64,000 nt of DNA from Amphiscolops sp. MND2022 (lineage: Eukaryota): contig OZ076409.1 of NCBI GenBank assembly GCA_964187785.1, positions 94,800,001 to 94,864,000 of the forward strand. The letters run 5' to 3'. Shown in pieces: positions 1-14,017 of the stretch; the stretch's first letter is position 1, and every line of letters begins with the position of its first letter. A program made the translations under genes and the position numbers. The notes below the pieces were generated by a model. The model did no database searches and was not told the origin of the DNA. It saw only the letters and a list, made by a program, of their open reading frames with translations.

Positions 1-9
1 AAATGAATT

Positions 10-195
10 TTACAATATTGACTGAATGGTATTTACATTCCAATAACTTTTATTGATATGCAAAAAAAGTTGAGTTTCAAGGTGCTCTGGAGTAATCGCA
101 AATCTGTTCTTGGCCGTTGCAAAAAATCGTTCTATATGATTCGAACTTGGCGGTATCCAAGACAGATCCTGATATTCACTAGTTGCATCAGACAT
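10..195 (-). pseudogene. hAT-like transposase C-terminal (dimerisation-region) remnant
   Basis: The ORF reads WIPPSSNHIERFFATAK...ITPEHLETQLFLHINK, resembling the hAT C-terminal P-S/T-S-x-x-x-E-R-x-F-S motif. No upstream body is recognisable. Confidence 0.55.
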
Positions 196-1737
196 GTTGA
201 GAAGTTTTGTCCCAAAATCACCGTTAATTCGAACATAATGTCAAAGTGTGTGAAAAATGTTTTGTTCAAACAAAAACTCTTCCAATAGATGATAACCATC
301 TGTTCTCTCAAAACATTTTAACGTTGGGGGTGGGGGATGGGGGTTTGTGTGTTTAGGACAGAGCTAAAAAATTGTCCTGTACATACTTCATTTTCAGCTA
401 TTCGGGTAATAAAATGAAACTAATTTAATAACCCATTAGGTTCAACTTGTACGGGTTTATTAAATGATATATACCAGCGATCTGTTAAATATCCGTTGAA
501 TGCATTTATAGAAGAGGTCATCATTGCTTCTACAAAAGACCAAATGTTCTTGTTACAAATCGCGAAAATCAGATGCACGAAATTTTTCGTAAAACTTGTG
601 ACTGTTGTTGAGTATTTCGCATTGATCAAATAGTAAAGACCACTGATTAGCACAGAAATATTTATCCAAAAATAATGCGAATGACTTCTGCAATTATAAT
701 TTTCTGAATATGCGAATGTGGAAATTATTACGCTACGTGTTTCCGCTGCATTGAATGAAACTAAATTTCAATATTTCTACGATATCTTTTCTTTCTTTTG
801 CAGTGGCCATTAGCACATATGTGTAATTGATTTATAATTAAAAAGGTTCTTCAAAATTTGAATGCATAATTGTATTATTGCGACTTTGAATTCACTCCAG
901 TATAAACTTTTTGCTTTATCAAGGCTGAATTTTCGCACTCAGGATAGAGAGTTTGGCTCTTCAGTGAAAATGTATGAGTTAACTATCCCGAACAAATCGA
1001 TTCACCATAGAATTGCATTCGATTCCATAACAAGAGCTGAATGCTTCCAAAGAATAAATTTGAGCGGTTTTCATGCATGAAACTGCATAAAAGCACATCC
1101 ATCATTCAACGCAAGCACTGACCTTTGAATTTTCACGAGTTCAATGAATTTGGCAATCGGTTATGGTCGCTATCATGCCTGCGTGAACAAAATAAAAATA
1201 CTCCTTTCGTACAAAAACCCTGAGAAATAGAACAGGAAGAACCACATACTAACCCTTGTCGAAACTGCCGGGATTTTTGACATGTTGCAGGCATGCATGC
1301 AGGGTAATTTTTATCATAAAAAATTTAGACTGCACGCAGAGGAAAAACTTGGAAAATTATACTTGCAGCTCGGAAAATCCTGGCTGCATTTCACTGCGCG
1401 TGGAAAAAAAAGAGTTAATTTTTTGCGAACGCCAGCGCAAGCGTAAAAAACGTTAAAAAACTCAATCTCAACATTTTAACTTGGCTTGAAATATTGATTT
1501 TCCTGCAAAATGGTCTGGAAGAGCGAAAACCATTCTCAGCATTGGAAACCAAAAGTTTGATATCATAAATTCATCTTTATAGTGATTGTTGAAGGGAAAA
1601 TAATGAAAGAGCTACGATTAATACGCTTACTAATCAAATTTCATCCAATGACGGGCTCGCTTTTAAAGCGAGTGTTATTCTTGTTGTGATATATGTACAT
1701 CCAGTAGTACATGCATTTTTTGGTACGAGCAGAACAA

Positions 1738-4700
1738 TGGAAACATCCACCTTCATCCACCATTCAATCCTACTTGAAAAAACGTTAGCAAAACTTGAAA
1801 TTAACGGAAACCACACTTCAACCACCATTCAATGCAACTTGAAAAAAACGTTAGCAAAACTTGAAATTAACGGAAACCACACTTCAACCACCTTCAACCA
1901 CCATTCAATGCAACTTGAAAAAAACGTTAGCAAAACTTGAAATTAACGGAAACCACACTTCAACCACCATTCAATGCAACTTGAAAAAAACGTTAGCAAA
2001 ACTTGAAATTAACGGCAACCACACTTCAACCACCTTCAACCACCATTCAATGCAACTTGAAAAAAACGTTAGCAAAACTTGAAATTAACGGAAACCACAC
2101 TTCAACCACCATTCAATGCAACTTGAAAAAAACGTTAGCAAAACTTGAAATTAACGGAAACCACACTTCAACCACCTTCAACCACCATTCAATGCAACTT
2201 GAAAAAAAACGTTAGCAAAACTTGAAATTAACGGAAACCACACTTCAACCATCTTCAACCACCATTCAATGCAACTTGAAAAAAACGTTAGCAAAACTTG
2301 AAATTAACGGAAACCACACTTCAACCACCTTCAACCACCATTCAATGCAACTTGAAAAAAACGTTAGCAAAACTTGAAATTAACGGAAACCACACTTCAA
2401 CCACCATTCAATGCAACTTGAAAAAAACGTTAGCGAAACTTGAAATTAACGGAAACCACACTTCAACCACCTTCAACCACCATTCAATGCAACTTGAAAA
2501 AAACGTTAGCAAAACTTGAAATTAACGGAAACCACACTTCAACCACCTTCAACCACCATTCAATGCAACTTGAAAAAAACGTTAGCAAAACTTGAAATTA
2601 AGGGAAACCACACTTCAACCACCTTCAACCACCATTCAATGCAACTTGAAAAAAACGTTAGCAAAACTTGAAATTAACGGAAACCACACTTCAACCATCT
2701 TCAACCACCATTCAATGCAACTTGAAAAAAACGTTAGCAAAACTTGAAATTAACGGAAACCACACTTCAACCACCATTCAATGCAACTTGAAAAAAACGT
2801 TAGCAAAACTTGAAATTAACGGAAACCACACTTCAACCACCTTCAACCACCATTCAATGCAACTTGAAAAAAACGTTAGCAAAACTTGAAATTAACGGAA
2901 ACCACACTTCAAGCATCTTCAACCACCATTCAATGCAACTTGAAAAAAACGTTAGCAAAACTTGAAATTAACGGAAACCACACTTCAACCACCATTCAAT
3001 GCAACTTGAAAAAAACGTTAGCAAAACTTGAAATTAACGGAAACCACACTTCAACCACCTTCATCCACCATTCAATGCAACTTGAAAAAAACGTTAGCAA
3101 AACTTGAAATTAACGGAAACCACACTTCAACCACCTTCAACCACCATTCAATGCAACTTGAAAAAAAAACGTTAGCAAAACTTGAAATTAACGGAAACCA
3201 CACTTCAAACACCTTCAACCACCATTCAATGCAACTTGAAAAAAACGTTAGCAAAACTTGAAATTAACGGAAACCACACTTCAACCACCTTCAACCACCA
3301 TTCAATGCAACTTGAAAAAAACGTAAGCAAAACTTGAAATTAACGGAAACCACACTTCAACCACCATTCAATGCAACTTGAAAAAAACGTTTGCAAAACT
3401 TGAAATTAACGGAAACCACACTTCAACCACCTTCAACCACCATTCAATGCAACTTGAAAAAAAACGTTAGCAAAACTTGAAATTAACGGAAACCACACTT
3501 CAACCATCTTCAACCACCATTCAATGCAACTTGAAAAAAACGTTAGCAAAACTTGAAATTAACGGAAACCACACTTCAACCACCATTCAATGCAACTTGA
3601 AACAAACGTTAGCAAAACTTGAAATTAACGGAAACCACACTTCAACCACCATTCAATGCAACTTGAAAAAAACGTTAGCGAAACTTGAAATTAACGGAAA
3701 CCACACTTCAACCACCTTCAACCACCATTCAATGCAACTTGAAAAAAACGTTAGCAAAACTTGAAATTAACGGAAACCACACTTCAACCACCTTCAACCA
3801 CCATTCAATGCAACTTGAAAAAAACGTTAGCAAAACTTGAAATTAAGGGAAACCACACTTCAACCACCTTCAACCACCATTCAATGCAACTTGAAAAAAA
3901 CGTTAGCAAAACTTGAAAATAACGGAAACCACACTTCAACCATCTTCAACCACCATTCAATGCAACTTGAAAAAAACGTTAGCAAAACTTGAAATTAACG
4001 GAAACCACACTTCAACCACCATTCAATGCAACTTGAAAAAAACGTTAGCAAAACTTGAAATTAACGGAAACCACACTTCAACCACCTTCAACCACCATTC
4101 AATGCAACTTGAAAAAAACGTTAGCAAAACTTGAAATTAACGGAAACCACACTTCAAGCATCTTCAACCACCATTCAATGCAACTTGAAAAAAACGTTAG
4201 CAAAACTTGAAATTAACGGAAACCACACTTCAACCACCATTCAATGCAACTTGAAAAAAACGTTAGCAAAACTTGAAATTAACGGAAACCACACTTCAAC
4301 CACCTTCATCCACCATTCAATGCAACTTGAAAAAAACGTTAGCAAAACTTGAAATTAACGGAAACCACACTTCAACCACCTTCAACCACCATTCAATGCA
4401 ACTTGAAAAAAAAACGTTAGCAAAACTTGAAATTAACGGAAACCACACTTCAAACACCTTCAACCACCATTCAATGCAACTTGAAAAAAACGTTAGCAAA
4501 ACTTGAAATTAACGGAAACCACACTTCAACCACCTTCAACCACCATTCAATGCAACTTGAAAAAAACGTAAGCAAAACTTGAAATTAACGGAAACCACAC
4601 TTCAACCACCATTCAATGCAACTTGAAAAAAACGTTAGCAAAACTTGAAATTAACGGAAACCACACTTCAAGCATCTTCAACCACCATTCAATGCAACTT

Positions 4701-6352
4701 GAAAAAAACGTTAGCAAAACTTGAAATTAACGGAAACCACACTTCAACCACCATTCAATGCAACTTGAAAAAAACGTTAGCAAAACTTGAAATTAACGGA
4801 AACCACACTTCAACCACCTTCATCCACCATTCAATGCAACTTGAAAAAAACGTTAGCAAAACTTGAAATTAACGGAAACCACACTTCAACCACCTTCAAC
4901 CACCATTCAATGCAACTTGAAAAAAAAACGTTAGCAAAACTTGAAATTAACGGAAACCACACTTCAAACACCTTCAACCACCATTCAATGCAACTTGAAA
5001 AAAACGTTAGCAAAACTTGAAATTAACGGAAACCACACTTCAACCACCTTCAACCACCATTCAATGCAACTTGAAAAAAACGTAAGCAAAACTTGAAATT
5101 AACGGAAACCACACTTCAACCACCATTCAATGCAACTTGAAAAAAACGTTTGCAAAACTTGAAATTAACGGAAACCACACTTCAACCACCTTCAACCACC
5201 ATTCAATGCAACTTGAAAAAAACGTTAGCAAAACTTGAAATTAACGGAAACCACAATTCAACCACCATTCAATGCAACTTGAAAAAAACGTTAGCAAAAC
5301 TTGAAAATAACGGAAACCACACTTCAACCACCTTCAACCACCATTCAATGCAACTTGAAAAAAAACGTTAGCAAAACTTGAAATTAACGGAAACCACACT
5401 TCAACCACCTTCAACCACCATTCAATGCAACTTGAAAAAAACGTTAGCAAAACTTGAAATTAACGGAAACCACACTTCAACCACCTTCAACCACCATTCA
5501 ATGCAACTGGAAAATAACGTTAGCAAAACTTGAAATTAACGGAAACCACACTTCAACCACCTTCAACCACCATTCAATGCAACTTGAAAAAAACGTTAGC
5601 AAAACTTGAAATTAACGGAAACCACACTTCAACCACCATTCAATGCAACTTGAAAAAAACGTTAGCAAAACTTGAAATTAACGGAAACCACACTTCAACC
5701 ACCTTCAACCACCATTCAATGCAACTTGAAAAAAACGTTAGCAAAACTTGAAATTAACGGAAACCACACTTCAACCACCATTCAATGCAACTTGAAAAAA
5801 ACGGAAGCAAAACTTGAAATTAACGGAAACCACACTTCAACCACCTTCAACCACCATTCAATGCAACTTGGAAAAAACGTTAGCAAAACTTGAAATTAAC
5901 GGAAACCACACTTCAACCACCTTCAACCACCATTCAATGCAACTTGAAAAAAACGTTAGCAAAACTTGAAATTAACGGAAACCACACTTCAACCATCTTC
6001 AACCACCATTCAATGCAACTTGAAAAAAACGTTAGCAAAACTTGAAATTAACGGAAACCACACTTCAACCACCATTCAATGCAACTTGAAAATAACGTTA
6101 GCAAAACTTGAAATTAACGGAAACCACACTTCAACCACCTTCAACCACCATTCAATGCAACTTGAAAAAAACGTTAGCAAAACTTGAAATTAACGGAAAC
6201 CACACTTGAACCACCTTCAACCGCCATTCAATGCAACTTAAAAAAAACGTTAGCAAAACTTGAAATTAACGGAAACCACACTTCAACCATCTTCAACCAC
6301 CATTCAATGCAACTTGGAAAAAAGCGTTGGCAAAACTTGAAATCAACGGAAA
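1738..6352. repeat. Tandem satellite with 76-bp and 66-bp monomers and higher-order repeats
   Basis: Monomer AAAACTTGAAATTAACGGAAACCACACTTCAACCACC[TTCAACCACC]ATTCAATGCAACTTGAAAAAAACGTTAGC; the bracketed 10 bp is present or absent. The variant AAGCATCTTC recurs at 2911, 4156 and 4670. Confidence 0.97.
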
Positions 6353-6411
6353 CCTCACTTGTTGCTCATGTATGTAAATGCTGTGGTTTCCGAGTGCCAA
6401 GTCTGCTAAAC

Positions 6412-6899
6412 AAATAAGACGGGAACGTCCCAAGTCGGCGCCATATCTAAGGCTCAAAAATATTCAAGGAACAACTTTTGGAAACATTTGGAAAAAAATA
6501 ATTTTTTTCCAAAAAAGTATTTTGAAAAAAGTCGCACCATGCCGAAAAACTCAAAAAGAGGCCATTCAGGCTCATTAAACGTTTTTACAAACCGAAAACG
6601 TCAAAAAATGCAAGGGGGTACCCTTTGATAGAATTCGAAAATTTTCGGAAAAAAAGTCGCATAGTGCCGAAAAACCAAAGGTCTCGCCTCTACTTTTGGA
6701 ATCATAAAAAATTGTGGTTCAGTGCGAGAATCGAACCCACAATCTCCTGCTTTCTCAGAAAGTTAGTTGAACAAATGAAGAACAAAAGATTGTAAAAAAG
6801 TGGACCATTCAGAGTGAAATTGTCAGCTGAAAAAGAAAAAGAACTCCCCACTGTAATAGTCGGGCTTTTTTCCTTAAGGGAAAAGGCGCCGACTAAAAA
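6412..6899 (-). mobile_element. Non-autonomous Helentron/DINE-1-like element (HINE)
   Basis: Subterminal inverted repeats AGTCGGCGCC...GGCGCCGACT, a hairpin at one end (TAGTCGGGC...GGCGCCGACTA), a short stem-loop at the other, and A/T-run flanks. The same termini recur about 10 times in the window. Confidence 0.75.
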
Positions 6900-8267
6900 G
6901 ACAAGTTTTTGCCAAGCGGGTTTTGAAATGAGTTGCAGCGGCATCACAGAACTTTTCAGTAGAACACAAGAATCGAAAACCATACTTCCGCGTTTCAAAG
7001 GAACTTTTCATCAAACTCTTCCTTCAGAAAATGCACGCAAGCAAAACTTTTTTTACCAGATTGAGCGAGAATAAACGCGATTAAGTGGGAAATACGAAAA
7101 TGTCAACTTCTTCGAAAATATTGCGATAGAATTAGAGCTCTCTCTAACAAATATGAGTGGTATGGTTTTGGACGATATAGTGATTTTAGTGAACAAAGCT
7201 CGAGCTGTAAATATCCATTAAGATTTGATTTGTACACTAGATAATTGCTGTACCGAAACCCTGTAAAAATGACTGTTTGCTCAGAAATTACGGTTGTGTC
7301 CTAAGACAAAAGAAATTACGGGAAATTCCTGTATTGTATTCAACATTTGACAAATGTTTTTTGGTTGATTTATCGATTGGTTGATTATTTTTCGTGGTTA
7401 TCTGCCTGAAACTACTGAAAACTTGGAAAATACTTGTTATTTGGCATGATGGTTAAAATGCGACGTTTCGAATTTGAACTGAACGCACTGTACGTAAAAC
7501 TTTTCCTGATGAAAAGTACAAAAAGAAACACAGTGCGCACTGATAGGATTTTTTGGCATTTTCACTTATCATCAGTTCATACCAACAACAATGAGGATTT
7601 CGTATCTAGCAGGCTTCAAGTCTTCAATTTCTTTTCAAACTCAACTATAATATTACCGTTATCTGATTTATTGTATATATAATAAATATATGAAAGGCCC
7701 TATATCAAGAATTTACGAAAGAAGGCGGGGGGTTGAAATCTGGTTCTCATGTCAGGAGTTACTGTAAAAGTTTCGGCGAAAAGCGACCCCATCTAGAGGT
7801 TAAATTTACTAATGATGAAAGGTAGATGAGCAGTAAGTTTTTAAATTTGAAAGTACTGTACAAAGGGGTGCTTAATAAATAGTTGTTGGAAAACTGTGAA
7901 TAAAACACGAAAAATAATTTATTGAAGACGTCGAGCAAAAATAATAATTTACTTTGGAAGGATAAATAGTATATTCAACATATTTTCAACAAGAATTTTA
8001 AACTTTGAGCGCCAAAATTTCAATTTTCCGTGAATACTTCCAGCCTTGAATAAAGTTGAGAGCTTATTTTGCATTGTGCGGTCTGTATACACACATTCAG
8101 AAAAAAAATACATGAAAAACTATACAGACAAAACTCTTTAAACCTCGAATGGCAATCCCAGGTTTACAAACCATGGCTTTCCATCCTTGATTCATCGGTG
8201 ATTCAACGGTTCGCTATGCCAAGAATCATTCCATTTTGATGGAAAGATATTCATAATTTATGAAAGG

Positions 8268-9820
8268 CCATGGTGCTATGGATGATCATGGATGACAACC
8301 CATGATGGCATGGATGATCATGGATGACAAGCCATGATGCCATGGATGATCATGGATGACAACCCATGATGGCATGGATGATCATGGATGACAAGCCATG
8401 ATGCCATGGATGATCATGGATGACTAGTCTTGATCCCATGGATGATCATGGATGACAACCCATGATGGCATGGATGATCATGGATGACAAGCCATGATGC
8501 CATGGATGATCATGGATGACAAGGCAAGATGCCATGGATGATCATGAAGGACAAGCCATGATGCCATGGATGATCATGGATGGCAAGCCATGATGCCATG
8601 GATGATCATGGATGACAAGCCATGATGCCATGGATGAACATGGATGACAAGCCATGATGCCATGGATGATCATGGATGACAAGCCATGGTGCTATGGATG
8701 ATCATGGATGACAAGCCATGATGCCATGGATGATCATGGATGACAAGCCATGATGCCATGGATGGCCATGAATGACAAGCCATGATGCCATGGATGATCA
8801 TGGATGACAAGCCATGATGCCATGAATGATCATGGATGACAAGCCATGATGCCATGGATGATCATGGATGACAAGCCATGATGCCATGGATGATCATGTA
8901 TGACAAGCCATGGTGCTATGGATGATCATGGATGACAAGCCTTGATGCCATGGATGACAAACCATGATGCCATGGATGATCATGGATGACAAGCCATGAT
9001 GCCATGGATTATCATGGATGACAAGACATGATGCCATGGATGATCATGGATGACAAGCCATGATGCCATGGATGATCATAGATAACAAGCCTTGATGCCA
9101 TGGATGATCATGGATGACAAGCCATGATGCCATGGATGATCATGGATGACAAGCCATGATGCCATGGATGATCATAGATGACAAGCTATAGTACCATGGA
9201 TGATCATGGATGAAAAGCCATGATGCCATGGATGATCATAGATGACAAGCCAAGATGCCATGGATGATCATGAAGGACAAGCCATGATGCCATGGATGAT
9301 CATGGATGACAAGCCATGATGCCATGGATGAACATGGATGACAAGCCATGATGCCATGGATGATCATGGATGACAAGCCATGGTGCTATGGATGATCATG
9401 GATGACAAGCCATGATGCCATAGATGATCATGGATGACAAGCCATGATGCCATGGATGATCATGGATGGAAAGCCATGATGCCATGGAGGATCATGGATG
9501 ACAAGCCATGATGCCATGGATGATCATGGATGACAAGCCATGATACCATGGATGATCATGGATGGCAAGCCATGATGCCATGGATGATCATGGATGACAA
9601 GCCATGATGCCATGGATGATCATGGATGACAAGCCTTGATGCCATGGATGATCATGGATGACAAGCCATGATGCCATGGATGATCATGGTTGACAAGCCA
9701 TGATGCCATGGATGATCATGGATGACAAGTCTTGATGCCATGGATGATCATGGATGACAAGCCACGATGCCATGGATGATCATGGATGACAAGCCTTGAT
9801 GCCGTTGATGATCATGGATA
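8268..9820. repeat. 32-bp tandem minisatellite (~48 copies)
   Basis: Unit CATGGATGATCATGGATGACAAGCCATGATGC; successive copies start at 8341 and 8373. Confidence 0.97.
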
Positions 9821-10168
9821 AAAATGCATTTAAAAAGCCTTTCCTTTTATTTATTCTAGTAAATGATGCTCTTAATACCACTAAAGCAGAGAATTGGTGA
9901 ACTGGAATCAGTAGTTCTTTGCCTAAAAGCAAGGCAATACAGTAAACCCTCGATTCTCCGCAATTTGATTACTCGCCAACAAGTCTACCGGGGCAAACAA
10001 ACCCGCTGATTTATTGTCCAAGTGGAAGTAGATGACGAGAACGAGAAGATACAGACATATACACTATGGTACCAGAAAGCTACGTACACCTGTTGACTTT
10101 TTAAAAACTGAGAGGAAAATTTGAAATTTAAACAGAAAAAAATATAATCAAATTAGGAGACAAACACA

Positions 10169-10737
10169 CTAATAACCAATCATATTTCCATCGTTTTTTA
10201 TAGTTTTTACGAGGCGACTCTCATAAGATGCGTACATATTTCGGATAATTTCGGGACTGATATTGTTCCAAATATCAATCACTGTTTCTTCCAAATTTTC
10301 CCACGTTAGAGTTTGTCCTTGCAGGGATTTCTTCAGTATAGCCCAAATATTTTCCATGGGGTTCAAATCAGGACTATACGGAGGCCATTCGAGCACATCC
10401 CACTTCTTTTCACTTAGATAGTTGGAAACCTCTCTGCTTCTGTGAATTGGGGCATTATCGTGCTGGAAAACAATGTCCGGTAGGTGCAAATTTCTGTCAT
10501 ACTTTTCAAGAATTTCGACATAGCCGCTGCTATTGAGTGTGGCCGGGCATCTAATTAGCATCTTCCTGCCATCCGATCGAATAGCTCCCCAGAACATAAG
10601 CGAGCGTTTATCAGTGTTCTGCCCTTGAATATTTTTTGAGTGGAAACGCGATCCTTTTTCTCGGAAAACTCTTACAATACCGTCACTGTTCAGACGCACA
10701 CGAGTTTCATCAGTGAAAACCACATTTTCCCAGAATC
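10169..10737 (-). CDS. Tc1 transposase catalytic DD34E domain (C-terminal half)
   Basis: GFWENVVFTDET...FQHDNAPIH...WPPYSPDLNPMENIW; 34 residues lie between the second D and the E. Confidence 0.92.
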
Positions 10738-10924
10738 CTTTTCCATCCAGTCAAGATTATTATGTAAAACTTCATGAGAAAAAGAATAGCAAAAGTAGAG
10801 TACTACAAAAATCTGCGATAATAAAAAACAAAAGAAAAAGTCAGAAAAAGTTGAAACACTTTGTCGATAAATTTGAGGCTTAAGCAGGTCACCGACTTAC
10901 GCTGTTCCCCGATTGTTTACGGTT

Positions 10925-11600
10925 CTTAGTCGGCGCTTATATCAAAAAGTGCCCGACTATTACAATGACATTTATTTTTTTTAGTCGCCGCTTTTAACTG
11001 TTCGAATTCAAGTAGATTTGGCGCAGCCGGTTGAATTCTCACTTTTGACACCAAAGATTGTGGGTTCCACCCCAGGGCTGTCCCGTGTTTTTAGACGATT
11101 TCGCAAACAGAAGAAAAGGGTCACCCTGTGAATTTTTTTCGGCCCTGTGAAACAAAAAAAAATGAAATATTCGAAAAATCGAAATTTTGAAAAAAATTCC
11201 AAAATTCATGCATGGATTTTGTTTCAGTTCAAGGCCGTAATTGGAAGGTTTCAAAAATAAAAGAATGCATTCTTATTGTGAAATGTTGTGAAAAAAATTG
11301 GGAAAATTTCGAAGATTTTTTTCGAAAATTTCGATTTTTTTTCTAAATTTTTGATTTTTTTGTCTCACAGTGCCGAAAAATTTCGAAGGGAGACCCTTTG
11401 GTGTTGAGAAAAAATTGTCTCACAGTGCCGAAAAGTTTGTAGGAGGGGCCGTTTGGTGTTGCGATAAAAAAATTAGGAAAATTCCGAAACTTTGAGATTT
11501 TTTTCGAAAATTTCCGATTTTTTTGCTGAAAATTTTCGTCTATTTGCGGACTCTGTGTATGACTCTGTGTATGATTTTCCTTCCCAAAATTGAAAATTTT
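10925..11600 (+). mobile_element. Partial HINE-family copy inside the Tc1 transposase
   Basis: Starts TTAGTCGGCGC...CCCGACTATTACA (family terminus). It contains family-internal repeats (GTCTCACAGTGCCGAAAA) and a tRNA-like segment at ~11015-11075. Confidence 0.6.
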
Positions 11601-11644
11601 TTACTATGTACTTTTTTCAGTGAGTGCAAGGCTGGACAAAAAAC

Positions 11645-12077
11645 CGAGCGGCTTCTTGGACATTCGCAAGCACCATTTTTTCCTCGTTGTTCGTTGTTTT
11701 TTATTGAGCTGAAATTTTTTAGCCGCCACTCTAGAAACTAGCCCATACTTCTTCAGAACTCGCCGAATTGTAGATCTTGAGACACTTTTTGAGGTTGCAA
11801 AAGAATTATACTTTACCCTGATTCTTTGTAATGTAGTTTTGGGATCGTTTTTGACGCTTCTTATAATTAATCTTTTGTCTTTTTTGCTAAGTTTTTCCGG
11901 TCTTCCTGGTGGTTTTTTTGGAGAATAAGAACTGGTTTTCAAAAAGCGCTTGTAAGCTGACTGTGCTGTTGATCGTGACTTCAAACCCAATTTCTCTTTG
12001 ATTTGATTGTAAGATAACCCAATCTCGCGAAGAGTAACAATTTTGCAAACCAAAAATGAATCAAGCGGTTTAACCAT
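11645..12077 (-). CDS. Tc1 transposase N-terminal paired-HTH DNA-binding half
   Basis: MVKPLDS...GLSYNQIKEKLG...PGRPEKLS...SVSRSTIRRVLKKYGL...RKKWC: the GRP linker and two HTH motifs typical of Tc1. Confidence 0.85.
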
Positions 12078-13263
12078 TTTCGAAGCACAACTTCCGGTAA
12101 CTGATTGAAATTGTTCACAAATGTTTTCATTTTTTTTGACTTGAAAAAAATTCAAAAAATTCAGCTGTACTTAGCTTTTTGGTACCATAGTGTATTGTTC
12201 CACGAAAAGAAGCATTCAGTGCACTCATCACACTCTTGGAATACGTCGAAGGATCCGAGACCTTTGACCTTCCCGAGATTGCAACATTGCTCAAACTGCA
12301 ACAGAAACTCGACAATGAACGCCAAGCAAAATTGTGACTTTCAACTATTATTGATTCCTTTCATTGATTCTTTCAATACATGTTCTGCTATGACATCCGT
12401 TTCTAAGCGCCCTTGATTAACCGACATCCTCACTTAACCGCCATAATTCGCGCTGGGCTGATGGTGGCGGATAATCGAGGGTATACTGTATATCAATTGG
12501 TACCAGACTTTGCTTTAATTAATTACAGCGCTATGAATCTGATTCAACAATTTGAACGCTCCTGATTAATATTTGATGAAATGTATGAAATATAAGAGCC
12601 TTGCTATGAATAGCAAAACATGTAGCTTTCTGTCACAGATCTGCATGGATGAATCATGGGTTCTCATCAGATTCGAGATCATAGATGATCAACCATGATT
12701 CAAATGTAATGGAAATCATTACGGATGATTACTCATTTTTCAAAGGCAATTTCATGAATAAGCCATGATTATGGATGAAAAGCCGAGAATTTTGTATGTT
12801 GATTCAATGTATTGACATATCATATTGATTGAATTGAAAATAATTTTATATAAAAACTATATATTGTGAGTCAACAATCGTATTGCAATGCAATATGACA
12901 TACCCGTGTCTGTTGAATGTCCGTTGTCTGCGTTCCAGAAAACAATTGAAGCAAATCGTCGACACTGAATTTTTTGACATCTACAACTATATTTAAACTA
13001 TGTGACTAGCAACTGTAATTAAGAAGCTCAAATTGCATAATTTTCTAGTTTTTTTTAAGCTCGCTATTGTTATACGATGTTTGATTCGGAAGAAAGCGAG
13101 GCTCAAGATGCTTTTGTCAACAGCAAATGTCTGGCGTGCATATTGCAAGTATTCAGACTTGTACACCAACAAAAACTGTCTTTGTCTCGAAATTGACAAC
13201 AGAAATTTGTTGCACAAAAAAGCGTAATTCAAGTCCTTTTATATTGAAACCTGAAACAACTGC

Positions 13264-13720
13264 AAACAAGACGGGAACGTCTAAAGTCGGCGCTATATCT
13301 AAGGCTCAAAAAACGCAGATGTAAAATATGCGTAGGACCTTTCCATGACAAACTCTTGTTTTCGGACCTCCGCCTCCTTCTTACAAAAACGCAAATAGTT
13401 CAGATATAACGTCAAAAGTTCGGATATAGCGCTTAAATCCGGATATTACGAGGGGGGACTTCAATAAAATCGAAGGGGGAGGGACCCTTTGAAGACAAAC
13501 AAGCCGGGAACGGCTCAAGTCGGCGCCATATCCAAGGCTCAATAAGACTCGAAAACCACTGTTTCTACAACTGGAGACAACCAAAGCTCTCAAAGAATTA
13601 AAAATTGAGGTAAAAATTTTTCCGAATTTTTTTCGAAATTCTTTTTGAAGTCTCCGGTAAGTCGCATAGTGCCAAAAAATGTAAAAGGGGGGACCCTTTG
13701 GGATTTTTTGAACATCCATT
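13264..13720 (-). mobile_element. Two nested, truncated HINE copies
   Basis: Family termini at 13264 (AACAAGACGGGAACGTCTAAAGTCGGCGC) and 13498 (AACAAGCCGGGAACGGCTCAAGTCGGCGCC). The second interrupts the first at the GAAGACAAA site that is intact in the 14018 copy. Confidence 0.7.
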
Positions 13721-14017
13721 CTGTTTTATTAGCACTGCTCTTTGGCCAAATATATATAATTCTTTCCAAGCTGACAATTTTTCCTATTCGTGACAGTTTC
13801 CAGATGGTGTTATTTGAAATTTGCAACTTTAAGCAATGGAGTTGCGATATTTTTGAACGCTACTGTAGCAGTAACGTTTGAAGGCATCGGTCGATTTTGT
13901 TTCGCAATTCTGAAATTCTGCTGAATCAAGCTCTGTGATGGAAAATTTTGTGACTCTTGTCTGAGTTTTGCTGACACAAAATTGGTCATAGCTTTGAAAA
14001 ATAATAAGGTTAAATGT

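Larger units (their letters stand above)
9940..12488 (-). mobile_element. Tc1-family DNA transposon interrupted by a ~0.9 kb insertion
   Basis: Imperfect TIRs CAGTAAACCCTCGATTCTCCGC (9940) and CAGTATACCCTCGATTATCCGC (reverse complement, ending 12488), both flanked by TA. The transposase lies inside in two pieces. Confidence 0.9.

Noticed and set aside
1686..6417. Many 60-95 aa ORFs (KTLAKLEINGNHTSTT...) in the first array
   Set aside because: Translation of a 66/76-bp satellite; frames shift with each 76-bp unit and most start at TTG.
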